64,000 bases of DNA from an uncultured Nitrososphaerota archaeon (lineage in GTDB: Archaea; Thermoproteota; Nitrososphaeria; Nitrososphaerales; Gagatemarchaeaceae), in assembly GCA_963718895.1 (NCBI GenBank), contig CAVRAG010000008.1, forward strand, positions 1,472,001-1,536,000. Direction: 5' to 3'. Positions within the stretch are counted from its first letter, which is position 1, and every line of letters begins with the position of its first letter. A program made the position numbers and the translations under genes. Of the stretch, positions 9,761-19,834 are shown one piece after another. Under the pieces are notes generated by a model, which ran no database searches, was not told the origin of the DNA, and worked only from the letters and a program-made list of their open reading frames with translations.

Positions 9761-11488
9761 TCAAGAGGTTCCCGCGGTCTTGCCGGCGACCCAGCCAAAG
9801 AACGTGGCGGGACCAACCGTTGCGCCGCCTCCTGGGTAGGCTGCTCCGAACGGAGAGGCCGAATCGTTCCCAGCCGCATAGAGCCCGGGGATTGGGTTGC
9901 CCAGCTTGTCGAGGACTTGGGCGCTGGAGTTGATTCTCGGACCTCCTGAGGTGCCTATTGTGCCTGGATCTATCTCCAGTCCATAATACGGTGGAGTTTG
10001 GATTGGCCCCAGGCATATGTTCTTCAGGTCGGTTCTCTTGGGATCGCCCGTAGTATTGAGGTCGAAGCTGAACACTCCGCGATTGAAGTCGGGGTCAACT
10101 CCGTTCGCCGCGTACTGGTTGAACTGCGTGACGGTTGCTTGAAGCCCACTTGGGTTGATGTTAAGAGCGGCAGCCAGGGCTTGGAGCGTGTTCGCTGAGG
10201 AAACGTAGCTTGGCTGTTTCGAACCGGGTAGGTATGTCACGAAACCGTAGTTGTTGACGCAAGTCTGATCCAAGATCGCGTAGGCAGGCATGTTCGGGTA
10301 GCCGTATGTTGCGTTGGACCATTCGTAGAAGGTCCTGTTGATTACTGGGTACGCTGACGATTCGTTCGTAAACCTCTCCCCGGCACTGTTGACGATTATC
10401 ACCCCGGGTTTTCCGCGGATGAGACCCCAGTCTGCAACGCCACCATTTGGAGTATTGTAGTGAGGGCAGCCCCATGCGTTGTTCATGTTGCGAATATCCG
10501 CTCCCGCAGCCATCGCCATTAGGATGCCGTCCCCGGTGTTCCCAAGGGCGGCGCTTGTGAAATGCACCGGTCCGCGCTGGTAGTTTGACATCATCTCAGC
10601 GTTTTGGTCGTATCCTCCCGCCGCAAGGATGACTCCCTTCTTGGCCGCGATGTTGATGGTTGACCCGCTGGAGGTGGCCTTCAAACCCAATATGCGTCCA
10701 GTCGCATCCATGTAGAGTGCCGTAGCGGGTGTTGAAGTCATGATCGTTCCGCCCTTGCTCTTCACCGCTGCGTTGAGAGTCTGAATGATCCCGGCCCCGG
10801 CGGCGCTGATCCCAGGGCCACCACCGGTTGGAGAAACCTGAAGCCCGGTTCCTTGCGCCCCGGGTACATTGTAGTAACAGACGAACGTGGTGGCCAAAAC
10901 GAACGTCATCCCGTATACCTGAATGAGGTGATCGACCCATCCAGGCGACCCCTGCAGGTAGGTTGTCAGGAGGTTCTGATCCAGCTCGCTTTCCCCGATC
11001 GCACTCAAGTATTGCTGAAGGTTCGACGACGAGATAGTTGCAGGCGAGGCCGCCACCGCCAGACTCGAGTTCGGAACCCACATCCCCCCGCCTGAGACGC
11101 CCGTCGTCCCACCTACCGCCGGTGCCTTCTCCAGCACTATGACGCTCGCTCCAGACTCCAGTGCGCCGACCGCGGCCGAGAGCCCTGCTCCGCCCGCACC
11201 CACCACGACCACGTCGGCCGTGTGATCCCAGGTCGAAGGGATGCTGAGTACGAGATTGGAGGGTATCGTCTGCGTTGCAGCCTGAGTCACGGTGCTCGTG
11301 ACAGCCGGTAGTGTGCTTGTCGAAGTCGAGACCGACGTCGTGGTTACAGTATTAGTCTTGGGGAACCCATATGCGCCAATCGCGGCCCCGGCTACAGCGC
11401 CGATGACCAACCCTCCGCCTACACCAGCTACGAACTTCCGCCTTGACATGGCATTTTTCTTGTCGTTATCAGAAGAACCTGTTGACAT
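9761..11488 (-). CDS. Tat-exported FAD-dependent oxidoreductase (fumarate reductase / 3-ketosteroid dehydrogenase flavoprotein family)
   Basis: SRRKFV Tat motif, DVVVVGAGGAGL, GGTTGVSGG, NTGDG, GERFTNE, IPGLYAAGN, YPGGGAT. Confidence 0.88.
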   Translation of the reverse strand: MSTGSSDNDKKNAMSRRKFVAGVGGGLVIGAVAGAAIGAYGFPKTNTVTTTSVSTSTSTLPAVTSTVTQAATQTIPSNLVLSIPSTWDHTADVVVVGAGGAGLSAAVGALESGASVIVLEKAPAVGGTTGVSGGGMWVPNSSLAVAASPATISSSNLQQYLSAIGESELDQNLLTTYLQGSPGWVDHLIQVYGMTFVLATTFVCYYNVPGAQGTGLQVSPTGGGPGISAAGAGIIQTLNAAVKSKGGTIMTSTPATALYMDATGRILGLKATSSGSTINIAAKKGVILAAGGYDQNAEMMSNYQRGPVHFTSAALGNTGDGILMAMAAGADIRNMNNAWGCPHYNTPNGGVADWGLIRGKPGVIIVNSAGERFTNESSAYPVINRTFYEWSNATYGYPNMPAYAILDQTCVNNYGFVTYLPGSKQPSYVSSANTLQALAAALNINPSGLQATVTQFNQYAANGVDPDFNRGVFSFDLNTTGDPKRTDLKNICLGPIQTPPYYGLEIDPGTIGTSGGPRINSSAQVLDKLGNPIPGLYAAGNDSASPFGAAYPGGGATVGPATFFGWVAGKTAGTS

Positions 11489-11721
11489 ACGATTCGATTG
11501 GTAAGGGTCAATCCAGGTATATACAGCGCCTAGACGATTCTCAGAATTGAGAAGTGTCGCAGAATGGCCGAGGAAACGACGAGGAATCCCCAGGCCCGTC
11601 GGTTTGTTCTTCACTCCACAATGACCTACGATCTTCTGAATCCCCTTTTGAATCTAGATTCGCTTGACGATTCTTCCCCAATGGGTATGGTCCGACTCTC
11701 GCGGTGGAGGCAGATCTGGGC

Positions 11722-12699
11722 TCAGAGAGGGGTGACCGTCGCGGGGGCAGGGCTCGGCCGAGCCCTGCGAGCCCTAACGAGTACCATGGCGACCGCCCCT
11801 GTGAAGGCGGCGACGCCTGCTGCGGCGACCCAGGTCACGGGTGACAGGTAGACTGGGGTCGGCTCGATGCTCAGCGAGTTCCCTGAAGCCACCGCGTAGC
11901 CGCGCGTCACGATCTCGGCGGATGGGTCTGACGTGACCTTGAGCGAGTATGTCTGCCCATCGTTGGTGTATGTCGTGGAGAGCGACGATGACCCGCTTAT
12001 CGTCTTCGAGAAGGTAGTTGTGTTCGTCAGCGAGTTGTACGACTTGGTCCAGGTCGTGAGCGGTGCGCTTAGGCTGGAGAAGTTCAGCGTCGGCATGTTC
12101 CATAGCCCATCGCCGCCGAACATACCCGTCACTGCCCCGAGTCCGTTGTCCCTGCCCACCATCGACCAGGCTATCGTCGAGCCGAGAAGGTTGATGTCGA
12201 CCGAGTGTCCCTGGAAGTCAAGATCGAGCGCGCCGTCGACGTGAAAGGCCCTCCATCCTAGGTCGGCTGTCACCGTCCCGTTGACGACCTTGAAGACGCC
12301 TTTGACCGTCGCGGTGATGTTGGTGTCTTTGTTTATGACGAGCGCAGTTGCGTTCGCCTTTGCGCTGTAGTTCGTGGAGACGGTCATGTTCTGTATGGAG
12401 ACCGACCTGCCCTCGTCGTCGTGCAGGTGGTTCACGAGATCAGAGATGCCCTGACTGCCGGCGTTGAACGTCCCGGAGGCGGTATCGGACTGCGAGAATC
12501 CCTTGAGATACTTGGAAAGAGTTGAATTAGCGGGATACGCGAGAACCACGTGAGTCGAGCTCACGCTGGTCATGGTTGCAGCCCCCGTCGAGGGGTCAAG
12601 GTCGACCTTCAGGGTCGAGGCTGCTGCCGCGGGCGCCAAAGAAAGGAGCGCGAGCGCGAGCACGCAGAGCGGTGCAGCACCTCTTGCGATCTTTTGCAT
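11722..12699 (-). CDS. Secreted surface protein with C-terminal membrane anchor
   Basis: Signal peptide ending AAAA-S, S/T/N-rich body, C-terminal TM with basic tail. Confidence 0.75.
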   Translation of the reverse strand: MQKIARGAAPLCVLALALLSLAPAAAASTLKVDLDPSTGAATMTSVSSTHVVLAYPANSTLSKYLKGFSQSDTASGTFNAGSQGISDLVNHLHDDEGRSVSIQNMTVSTNYSAKANATALVINKDTNITATVKGVFKVVNGTVTADLGWRAFHVDGALDLDFQGHSVDINLLGSTIAWSMVGRDNGLGAVTGMFGGDGLWNMPTLNFSSLSAPLTTWTKSYNSLTNTTTFSKTISGSSSLSTTYTNDGQTYSLKVTSDPSAEIVTRGYAVASGNSLSIEPTPVYLSPVTWVAAAGVAAFTGAVAMVLVRARRARPSPAPATVTPL

Positions 12700-12986
12700 G
12701 AAACAGATGAGGATTCGCTGGCACAATAAACTCACGCTTTTGAACGGACTTTCAATGTCATTTTTCCAGGTTCCAGTGGCTGGAACTGATAGTGTTTAGT
12801 CTAAACAGAACCACATCGTGAGACCAACTGCTCCACTTGCAGACCTTCAAAGGCATACCATGCGTAGGGTTCATCGCGCCTCCGCCGACCGTCGGAAGCT
12901 GGGGGACGCCCAAAGTGGGTCGCGAAGGCCCGGCGAGGGTCGGCCACGTGGAAAGCTTAACTCACATTTCCCTCATCATTCAGCAC

Positions 12987-13767
12987 ATGGAACTGCAGGG
13001 AAAGGTCGCGGTAGTGACAGGAGGATCGCGCGGTATCGGAAAAGCAATCGCCAAGACCTTCGCCCGTGAGGGAGCTCACGTGGTGGTGAACTATGTCCAG
13101 GCCTCGGCAGAGGCGAGCAGGGTCGTGGAAGAGATTAGGATGGCGGGAGGAAGTGCAATATCGGTCATGGCCGAGGTTTCGCAGAGGGTCCAAGCGCAGA
13201 AGCTTGTGGACGAGGCGGTCAAGACGTTCGGAAGGCTCGACGTCCTCGTTAACAATGCGGGAATCAGAAGCGAAGGGACGATACTCGACACGACCGAAGA
13301 GGACTGGGACAGAACGATGGATGTCAATCTCAAGGGTCCCTTCAACTGCATGCAGGCAGCAGGAAAGGTCATGGTCCAGCAGAGGTACGGCAAGATAGTG
13401 AACATTTCTTCGATATCTGGTCTCGGCGGTGCTCCGGGGGGAGAGTTGGCCTACAGCTGCTCGAAGGCGGGTCTAATCAGCATGACTCTGGTCGCTTCGC
13501 TTGATCTGGGTCAGTATGGAATCAACGTCAACTGCGTTGCACCTGGCTGGACGGTCACAGACATGGTTCTTCGGGCCGCGGGTAGCGAGAAGAGGCTGGA
13601 TGAGTTGAAGCAAATCAAGGCCCGCATGGCATCGATGGGGAGGGTCGGAGGATCCTCAGGACATAGCCAACGTAGCCCTGTTTCTGGCCTCAGACGCGTC
13701 GAGCTTCATCTCCGGACAGGTCATCGTGGCGGACGGCGGACGGAAGGACTTCATGAGTCACGCATGA
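12987..13767 (+). pseudogene. SDR family (FabG-like) oxidoreductase, frameshifted at ~13650
   Basis: TGGSRGIG, NNAG, YSCSK; the normal C-terminus [24 protein letters not shown] resumes after one extra G. Confidence 0.85.
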
Positions 13768-13822
13768 TGGCGCGCGCCTTCCATTCCAGTCTACGCTATA
13801 TCACTATCAGGGATAATTGAGA

Positions 13823-13876
13823 CATGTGTAGGTTCATTGCGCCTCCGCGGGTCCATTTCATCCACACGTTGGGCTA
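13823..13876 (+). repeat. Cassette-boundary repeat (full length)
   Basis: CATGTGTAGGTTCATTGCGCCTCCGCGGGTCCATTTCATCCACACGTTGGGCTA. Confidence 0.9.
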
Positions 13877-14032
13877 GTGCTCAAGGTTCTTCCTGAGGCT
13901 GATAACGAGTTCGAGTGCTTCGAGCTCCTCGAACAGCGTTTCTGGACTCCTAAGGGGCGCCCTCACAACTCGTCTCTTGAGTCTTCTTTCAAGGGATACG
14001 AGCAGCTTTAGGAGCTCTTCGTCTTCTTCCAA
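13874..14032 (-). CDS. Small helical protein (52 aa), below the ORF-track cutoff
   Basis: MEEDEELLKLLVSLERRLKRR..LRKNLEH; its stop TAG is the CTA at the end of the repeat. Confidence 0.45.
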   Translation of the reverse strand: MEEDEELLKLLVSLERRLKRRVVRAPLRSPETLFEELEALELVISLRKNLEH

Positions 14033-14193
14033 GTTCTATGACTGCTCCAGCCCTCTAGCGCTTTGTCTATGACTTCGTCCAGTGCTTTTGGATTAGCGAG
14101 AATGCTGTGAAGCTTCTTTCTTTCCGTTTCGCTCAGAGGCTCTTCCAGAGACAATCCGATCAACTCTTTGATGTTGCACGGGCTTATGAACAT
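14008..14193 (-). CDS. Small hypothetical protein
   Basis: LSETERKKLHSILANPKALDEVIDKALEGW; overlaps the next small ORF; start uncertain. Confidence 0.45.
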   Translation of the reverse strand: MFISPCNIKELIGLSLEEPLSETERKKLHSILANPKALDEVIDKALEGWSSHRTWKKTKSS

Positions 14194-14207
14194 AGTGGAA
14201 GTTGTTA

Positions 14208-14264
14208 GCCATGCACAGGGTTCATTGTGCCTCCGCCGGGGCATTTCATCCACTAGTTGGGCTA
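14208..14264 (+). repeat. Cassette-boundary repeat (full length)
   Basis: GCCATGCACAGGGTTCATTGTGCCTCCGCCGGGGCATTTCATCCACTAGTTGGGCTA. Confidence 0.92.
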
Positions 14265-14340
14265 TAGGTGCTAGAATGAGAGATGTGAACTCAAAGTCGA
14301 AGGCTACTAGCTAGGGGTTCCGCATTCGCGGGCCGAAAAG

Positions 14341-14853
14341 ATGAAATCTGATGCGCGTCCGGACCATCAAGACTTGGTAGACGCCACCGACCTCACGCTG
14401 ATAGCGACATTTGTGCAGACTTCCGTGATCACCTTGACACTGCTTGTCTTCATCTTCCAGTTCCGCAGCCAAGAGAAAGCGATTCGGGAATCATCATACC
14501 AAAACCTCCTCGGAAGGTACAACGAATACGTCATGTCAGGCTCGGGCACGGATGACCAACTCCTCGCGCGGCTCTTCTCGAACGAGGCCGAGAGGCCCTC
14601 CCTCGATGAGCTAGCCGTGGTTCGACGTCTCATGATAGCCTATGGGATCATCGAGGAAGCCTACGAGCTCTACGAGAAAGGGTGGATCGATGAAGAGACT
14701 TGGGAGCAGTGGGCTGCATGGCTAAGAGCCATCTCCAAGCATCCCCGGTTCCGAACTCTCCACGCCGGAGCCACCGGGATGTTCGACAAGGATTTCCAAG
14801 AGTACGTCACGCGGATAATCGAATCGAACGGCTCATCCGGGCCAAGAGAGTAG
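14341..14853 (+). CDS. Hypothetical protein with N-terminal TM helix
   Basis: Single TM followed by a helical domain with EEAYELYEKGWIDEETWEQW. Confidence 0.7.
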   Translation: MKSDARPDHQDLVDATDLTLIATFVQTSVITLTLLVFIFQFRSQEKAIRESSYQNLLGRYNEYVMSGSGTDDQLLARLFSNEAERPSLDELAVVRRLMIAYGIIEEAYELYEKGWIDEETWEQWAAWLRAISKHPRFRTLHAGATGMFDKDFQEYVTRIIESNGSSGPRE

Positions 14854-14937
14854 ACCGTTTCCCTGAGGCACGGCATGTGGATGAGGCATTAATCGCGAAT
14901 CTCCAGCATCGACTGCGGTTGTAAAGCTTGAGACGCG

Positions 14938-15285
14938 TTACGCTTGCACTAGCAGCACCTCACGAACCTCCACCGAACCGCCGTTCTCGAAGATCGGACA
15001 TGCCTTGAGCTTTGAAACGGCACTGTCGTAGTCGTCAGCTTCTATCACGATGTATCCTCCGACTAGCGAGCTACTGAACTCAACATCCGAGACCTTTTCG
15101 CCGTTTTTGCCGGAGATTATCTTGCCCTCCGGCCTAAGCCTGTTTCCAAGCCGCATGTCTTTTGAGACATCTTTGGCCCAATTGGCAAAGCGGCTTAGAT
15201 AATCATCAGTCAATTTCTCCCTTGGCAATCCACCACGGAACAGAACGACATAGGCGTTCATCTGAAACCGGTATCCAAAGCTCAT
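14938..15285 (-). CDS. YciI/DGPF family protein
   Basis: LVGGYIVIEADDYDSAV..CP..GGSVEVRE. Confidence 0.8.
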   Translation of the reverse strand: MSFGYRFQMNAYVVLFRGGLPREKLTDDYLSRFANWAKDVSKDMRLGNRLRPEGKIISGKNGEKVSDVEFSSSLVGGYIVIEADDYDSAVSKLKACPIFENGGSVEVREVLLVQA

Positions 15286-15367
15286 TCATCAACATGTTCA
15301 CCGTTAACCTAGAGCCAATGTATCCGAAAGCACCAGTCTTGACCGGGCTCTTTGCCTTCGCGGCCAG

Positions 15368-15993
15368 CTACTTGGCAATAACAGTGAGCGAGTTGGAGAC
15401 CTGAGGTCCTCCCGGAGTCGTCTGGTAGCTGAAAACCAGCGAATAGGTCCCTGGAGCCGGGAAATCGATGCTGCCCATCTCGTCGCCCGAGGGGCAGAAG
15501 ATAGCCCCGGGTGTGCAAATCTCGCTCTGCTCCAAAGGTACTATCTGCCATGGGCAGTTGCTGCCGGTGCACGACAACGTCGGGAGTGATATCACTCCGT
15601 TCCCAAAGAATGTGACCGCGACTTCGCTGTCCATGGGAACGGTCACCGAGTAGCTCTCGCCCTGAATGATCTGGAACTTACAGACCATGGGGACGGTGCT
15701 GTTGTCGATGCAGTCTATCCAAAAGCTGGGAGCCGCTGCACTCGTCGAGGTTGTCGCGATCTGCGAAGACAAAGCGCAGGCACTAGTCGAGTAGGTCGTG
15801 GAGGTCCCAGTCGAGGAGCCCCCGGGGTTCGGGGATAGCGTGGTCTGAGTTGTCTCGCCTGCTGATGTGGTAGGTAGTGGTTGCTGGGCCGACATAGAGC
15901 TGGAGAGTACGAACGCAACTGTCCCAAACAAGATTATGATGATGACTACTATGACTAGAGAGACGGTCCCAACCCCCTCCTTCGAGGAGCCAT
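15368..15993 (-). pseudogene. Membrane-anchored S/T-rich protein, frameshifted in a G run near the 5' end
   Basis: Adding one G at ~15975 gives MAPRRRGVGTVSLVIVVIIIILFGTVAFVL, in frame with ORF 15368..15931. Confidence 0.6.
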
Positions 15994-16020
15994 AGCAGTG
16001 CAGTCATGATGGCGGCTTTT

Positions 16021-16155
16021 GATTGATAGTTATGTCCGAATGATACTAAACGTAACCTCCAGCCATTGCTCTTGCTAAGATGCCGTAAAGAATGGCAGTG
16101 CCATGCATAAGGGTTCATTGCGCCTCCGCCGGGGATGATTACCCACACGTTCGGC
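16021..16155 (+). repeat. Long-form boundary element (promoter-bearing left arm, core and right arm)
   Basis: GATTGATAGTTATGTCCGAA..AACCTCCAGCCATT..AGATGCCGTAAAGAATGGCAGTGCCATGCATAAGGGTTCATTGCGCCTCCGCCGGGG..CCCACACGTTCGGC. Confidence 0.85.
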
Positions 16156-16244
16156 ACTGTGATGGTGGTCATCGGAAGTCATGGAGTGGACTACGGCGAT
16201 GCTTATAGGCAACAGGTTGTCTCAGTCCCGCCCAGAACCAGCTG

Positions 16245-17597
16245 ATGAAACTCCGAGGTCGCGCCATCGTCCTGATCGTGCTTCTCGTCTTTGTTCCCTT
16301 GACCTCGATACTGACCGCCTCGCCGGCTCATGCCGGAGGACCTTACCCCGCTGCCTGTTACACAAGCGTGCCCCCCTATGGGCACATGTGCATCGTCCTA
16401 GGCCAGCCGGACTTCACCACCGTGACCGCGGGTCAACCCTCCAGTCCCACAACGATCGGCAACCCCACAGCGGTGGCCTTTGACTCCAAGGGAGACCTCT
16501 GGGTAGTCGACAGCAGCAACAATCGGGTCCTGGAGTACGAGCCTCCCTTCACGACCGGAGAAGCAGCCAGCCTGGTGATCGGCCAGACGAGCCTCACCGG
16601 TTCGGGAGACTCCTCGCCAGCAGGGAGCCTGTTCGGCCCCACGGGCATCGCGTTCGACCCGAGCGGCAACCTCTGGGTGGTCGACACCGGTAACAACAGG
16701 GTCCTTGAGTTCAAGACCCCGTTCTCCAACGGGGAATCTGCGTCGCTGGTCATCGGGCAGCCCACCTTCGGCGGCTACATCGGCCAGACGACATCAGGGG
16801 GCCTGAATGCCCCTTCCTACGTCGCCTTTGACCCGAGCGGGAACCTCTGGGTGACCGACCAGGGCAACAACAGGGTCCTCGAGTTCGCCGCCCCGTTCTC
16901 CATCGGCGAGAAAGCATCCGTGGTGATTGGTCACGCAAACTTTACTTCGTTCGCCCCCTCATCGACTGTAACTGCGAAGAGCCTGTTTGAGCCTATCGGA
17001 ATAGCATTCGACTCGAAGGGAGACTTGTGGGTGGCCGACAGTGGGGACGACCGGGTTCTTGAATACACCGCGCCATTCTCAATTGGTGACAGTGCTGCTA
17101 TTGCGGTCATTGGCCAGTCGAGCTTGACCGGAACCTCGACCGGGCTGCATGCCTATGCCATCGCATTCGACTCCGGCGGCAACCTGTGGGTCTCGGACGG
17201 GATCAGCGGAGTCGCGGAGTACGAGGGTCCCGTGTCCACCGGCGAAGCAGGCTATCAGGCGATAGGCCCGACTGTCAATGGCACCGGTACATCGCCTGGC
17301 GACAAGCTGCGCGACCCTCAGGGGATCGCTTTCGACGCGAACGACAACCTGTGGGTCGCGGACTACGACCACGGCAGGGTCGTGGTGTATGGCAGTGCAG
17401 TCATTCGCACGACATCCAGTTCCTCTTCTTCGTCGACCACGTCGACCACGACATCAGGGGGAGGAGTTCCGGAGTTCCCCTATCAATTGGCGGCGGCGGT
17501 TGCCTTCACCGTCCTCATTGCCGCCTCCTACCTATTGGTTCGACGCCGCATGAAGCCATGGACTGATGCAAGTCAAGCGAAGCCAGCACCTAGCTAG
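16245..17597 (+). CDS. Secreted NHL-repeat beta-propeller protein with PEF-CTERM-like anchor
   Basis: Six AFDxxGNLWVxDxxNxRV repeats; C-terminal GGGVPEFP, TM and RRR. Confidence 0.88.
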   Translation: MKLRGRAIVLIVLLVFVPLTSILTASPAHAGGPYPAACYTSVPPYGHMCIVLGQPDFTTVTAGQPSSPTTIGNPTAVAFDSKGDLWVVDSSNNRVLEYEPPFTTGEAASLVIGQTSLTGSGDSSPAGSLFGPTGIAFDPSGNLWVVDTGNNRVLEFKTPFSNGESASLVIGQPTFGGYIGQTTSGGLNAPSYVAFDPSGNLWVTDQGNNRVLEFAAPFSIGEKASVVIGHANFTSFAPSSTVTAKSLFEPIGIAFDSKGDLWVADSGDDRVLEYTAPFSIGDSAAIAVIGQSSLTGTSTGLHAYAIAFDSGGNLWVSDGISGVAEYEGPVSTGEAGYQAIGPTVNGTGTSPGDKLRDPQGIAFDANDNLWVADYDHGRVVVYGSAVIRTTSSSSSSSTTSTTTSGGGVPEFPYQLAAAVAFTVLIAASYLLVRRRMKPWTDASQAKPAPS

Positions 17598-17613
17598 CTT
17601 TCTTTTGTGTTAC

Positions 17614-17669
17614 GCCGTGCATGGATTCATTGCGGTTCTGCCGGGGCATCTCACTCACACGTTGGGCTA
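17614..17669 (+). repeat. Cassette-boundary repeat (full length, divergent)
   Basis: GCCGTGCATGGATTCATTGCGGTTCTGCCGGGGCATCTCACTCACACGTTGGGCTA. Confidence 0.85.
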
Positions 17670-17689
17670 GTTCGCGTTGCCCACCGCAT

Positions 17690-18097
17690 CTACGGCCTCT
17701 CTTTCCGTAGGATGCCCTTCACGTCGAAGTCGCTGTCGTGTGAGAATATCTCCTTGATCTTGCGTTGTTGCATGACCGTGAGGGTGACCGCGTCTGTGAA
17801 GCTCAGTTGCTCATACTTTCTGTAAGTCGACAACGCCTCCCTAAAGATGACTTCATCGACATACAACACGCTCACCCGGGAAGAGGTCATGATATTCCGT
17901 ATGGCCTCCTCAATGGACCCGGCGCTTCCGCCCCTCATCTTCAGGAGGGTCAGCGTCTCATCCAGGACAAAATCCGTGGTGATGGCTGAAGGGAGCTTGC
18001 CGCTGGCCAGCGCTTCCAAGACTGCAGCCCCGTCCTTGTGAAGAGAGTCGGAAGAGTCGATGCCCGACGCCCAGATGGTCGTGTCCACGAAAATCAA
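17690..18097 (-). CDS. vapC: VapC PIN-domain toxin
   Basis: IFVDTTIW, VLDETLT, LSFTDAV, IFSHDSDF. Confidence 0.92.
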   Translation of the reverse strand: MIFVDTTIWASGIDSSDSLHKDGAAVLEALASGKLPSAITTDFVLDETLTLLKMRGGSAGSIEEAIRNIMTSSRVSVLYVDEVIFREALSTYRKYEQLSFTDAVTLTVMQQRKIKEIFSHDSDFDVKGILRKERP

Positions 18098-18348
18098 GGA
18101 TGCGCTTCCACCTCTTTGAGGTCGCGGAGCGCACTCCGCCTCTTGTCGGTTCTTATCGAACCGATGACTGCATTTAGAGAGTCTGGTCGCCCGCGAAGCT
18201 CGTTCTCGGAATCCCCATACTTCTGAATGTACAGTTTCAGCGCTTCCTCCCCCTCTGGCGTCAGTTCTATCTTCCCGCGGCGCTTGATTACTGTCTGCTT
18301 GAACTTCTTGAGCAGTTCTTCATCTACCACGAACTTGACCTGGGCCAT
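18094..18348 (-). CDS. vapB: RHH-type antitoxin
   Basis: QVKFVVDEELLKKFK; 4-nt overlap with the toxin; palindrome AGTACC-GG-GGTACT at 18358-18371. Confidence 0.75.
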   Translation of the reverse strand: MAQVKFVVDEELLKKFKQTVIKRRGKIELTPEGEEALKLYIQKYGDSENELRGRPDSLNAVIGSIRTDKRRSALRDLKEVEAHP

Positions 18349-18520
18349 CCGTTATCAAGTACCGGGGTACTCCTGTACTATAAAGCATTTGCACGGGGTT
18401 CATCGCACCTCCGCCGGGGCATTTCAAACAACTCAGTGCCGACGGAATTGGATTCGCAGATAGCTACATGAGAAGCGCTCTACGCTGGTCCTTTTTAGTG
18501 GGAGTCACGTCGGAGGGTGT

Positions 18521-18913
18521 ATGTCCGCGTACAAGTTCCCAACCGTCGATGAGATAATCGACGTCAACAGACGAGTGCTGGTAGAGATACCGGTCAAGAG
18601 GGCGGACAGGTATCAGGTCTTGTCTCGCATGAAGTTGCAGCTCATCCTTGATGATGCAAAGAAGACGAACGGGGACGTCTACAATCCCGCGACGGAGCTC
18701 CTGTTCGGAATCGTGAAAGGACATCCTTTTGCAAGTGGCGTTAGGCGGACCGCGGTGACCGTTACGTCAGCATTCTTGAAGTTGAACGGCGCTGGGACGG
18801 AGGTGCCTCACGATCCTGATGTGCTAAAGGGAATCCGTGAGGGTTTTTATAGCAAGATCGAAATCAAAGAATGGCTGAAGGGTCATGGCATCAGAAAGCT
18901 CACAGGTGATTGA
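18521..18913 (+). CDS. Fic/Doc family protein with atypical motif (copy 1)
   Basis: HPFASGVRRTA in place of HPFxDGNKRTA; PTVDEIIDVN N-terminus. Confidence 0.8.
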   Translation: MSAYKFPTVDEIIDVNRRVLVEIPVKRADRYQVLSRMKLQLILDDAKKTNGDVYNPATELLFGIVKGHPFASGVRRTAVTVTSAFLKLNGAGTEVPHDPDVLKGIREGFYSKIEIKEWLKGHGIRKLTGD

Positions 18914-18989
18914 TTCCGAGTTCCTTCGCTACTGTGAAGAGTATATAGCGAAGAACCGGGTATTCCTTCAGCGCGTCGGCAGACTCTGA
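18885..18989 (+). CDS. 34-aa putative antitoxin of the Fic/Doc protein
   Basis: MASESSQVIDSEFLRYCEEYIAKNRVFLQRVGRL overlaps the end of fic; conserved in copy 2. Confidence 0.55.
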   Translation: MASESSQVIDSEFLRYCEEYIAKNRVFLQRVGRL

Positions 18990-19174
18990 GCTCCGACGTC
19001 TCTCGTTAGCGGCTCGAGGGGAAGGATTCTTCTTGAAGTATGGGGTCCATTGCGTCTCCGCCGTGACCTGAAAGGACTCGCCGCTGATTAGATATTCATC
19101 TTTTTGCAAGCTTGCCTTCGAAGGCCCTCTTACGGTCTTGCGATATGGTTAGGGCCTCCACGGATAGGGACATA

Positions 19175-19714
19175 CTATTCCGGCGGCGCAACTTGCATCA
19201 CGGACTGGTCAAAGGTAGAAAGGAACGTCTGAAAGTCTTGAGGCCCCAGTATCACGTATGTGCCGCTCGTGAGCACCAAGACGAGGTTAGTGTCGTTCCT
19301 GCTGAGGACATCTGCTTTCACCCCGCTGGACAGTGTGAAGTATCCCGAGTGGAAAAGGCCGAGCGCAGACCCATCGGTCCTTGACGCGATGGTTATGTTC
19401 CAGCTGGACAGACTGACCACATAGGCCTTGGATATCTGGCTGGCTGAGACGTTGAGATTGAAGTACGCCGTCGAGACGAGGACAGATCCCTTGCTTACGG
19501 TTATCGAATTCTGATGAGACGGGCTTGTTAGGAAGAAGGCGCCTGCGCCGGCGATTAGCAGGACGATGCCGACCACGAGAATCTTCGTCCTTCTTTTCCT
19601 CGCTACGAGCGAAAAGATAGCGAGAACCGCCCCAACGATGATCAGTACCGCAACTACTCCCAGAACAAGGATGCCAAGGATGACCGGTGCATTGACCGGA
19701 AAGACGGTGACCAA
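19175..19714 (-). CDS. Membrane protein with bacterial PH-like domain
   Basis: Two TMs, then RTDGSALGLFHSGYFTL..YVILGPQD. Confidence 0.7.
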   Translation of the reverse strand: MVTVFPVNAPVILGILVLGVVAVLIIVGAVLAIFSLVARKRRTKILVVGIVLLIAGAGAFFLTSPSHQNSITVSKGSVLVSTAYFNLNVSASQISKAYVVSLSSWNITIASRTDGSALGLFHSGYFTLSSGVKADVLSRNDTNLVLVLTSGTYVILGPQDFQTFLSTFDQSVMQVAPPE

Positions 19715-19834
19715 GAGCGCGTCAGGGAACGGAAGATATCCCTTTTAAAAGCCATAGAAATTGCGGGTCCCCGCCGAGGCATTTCATCCAGACGTTTGGC
19801 GACTGAAATCCAGTGCTGATAATCGAGTATTCTT

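Noticed and set aside
14208-14264. MITE or REP element
   Set aside because: No target-site duplications seen, strictly one orientation, and the two arms travel with different neighbouring cassettes.
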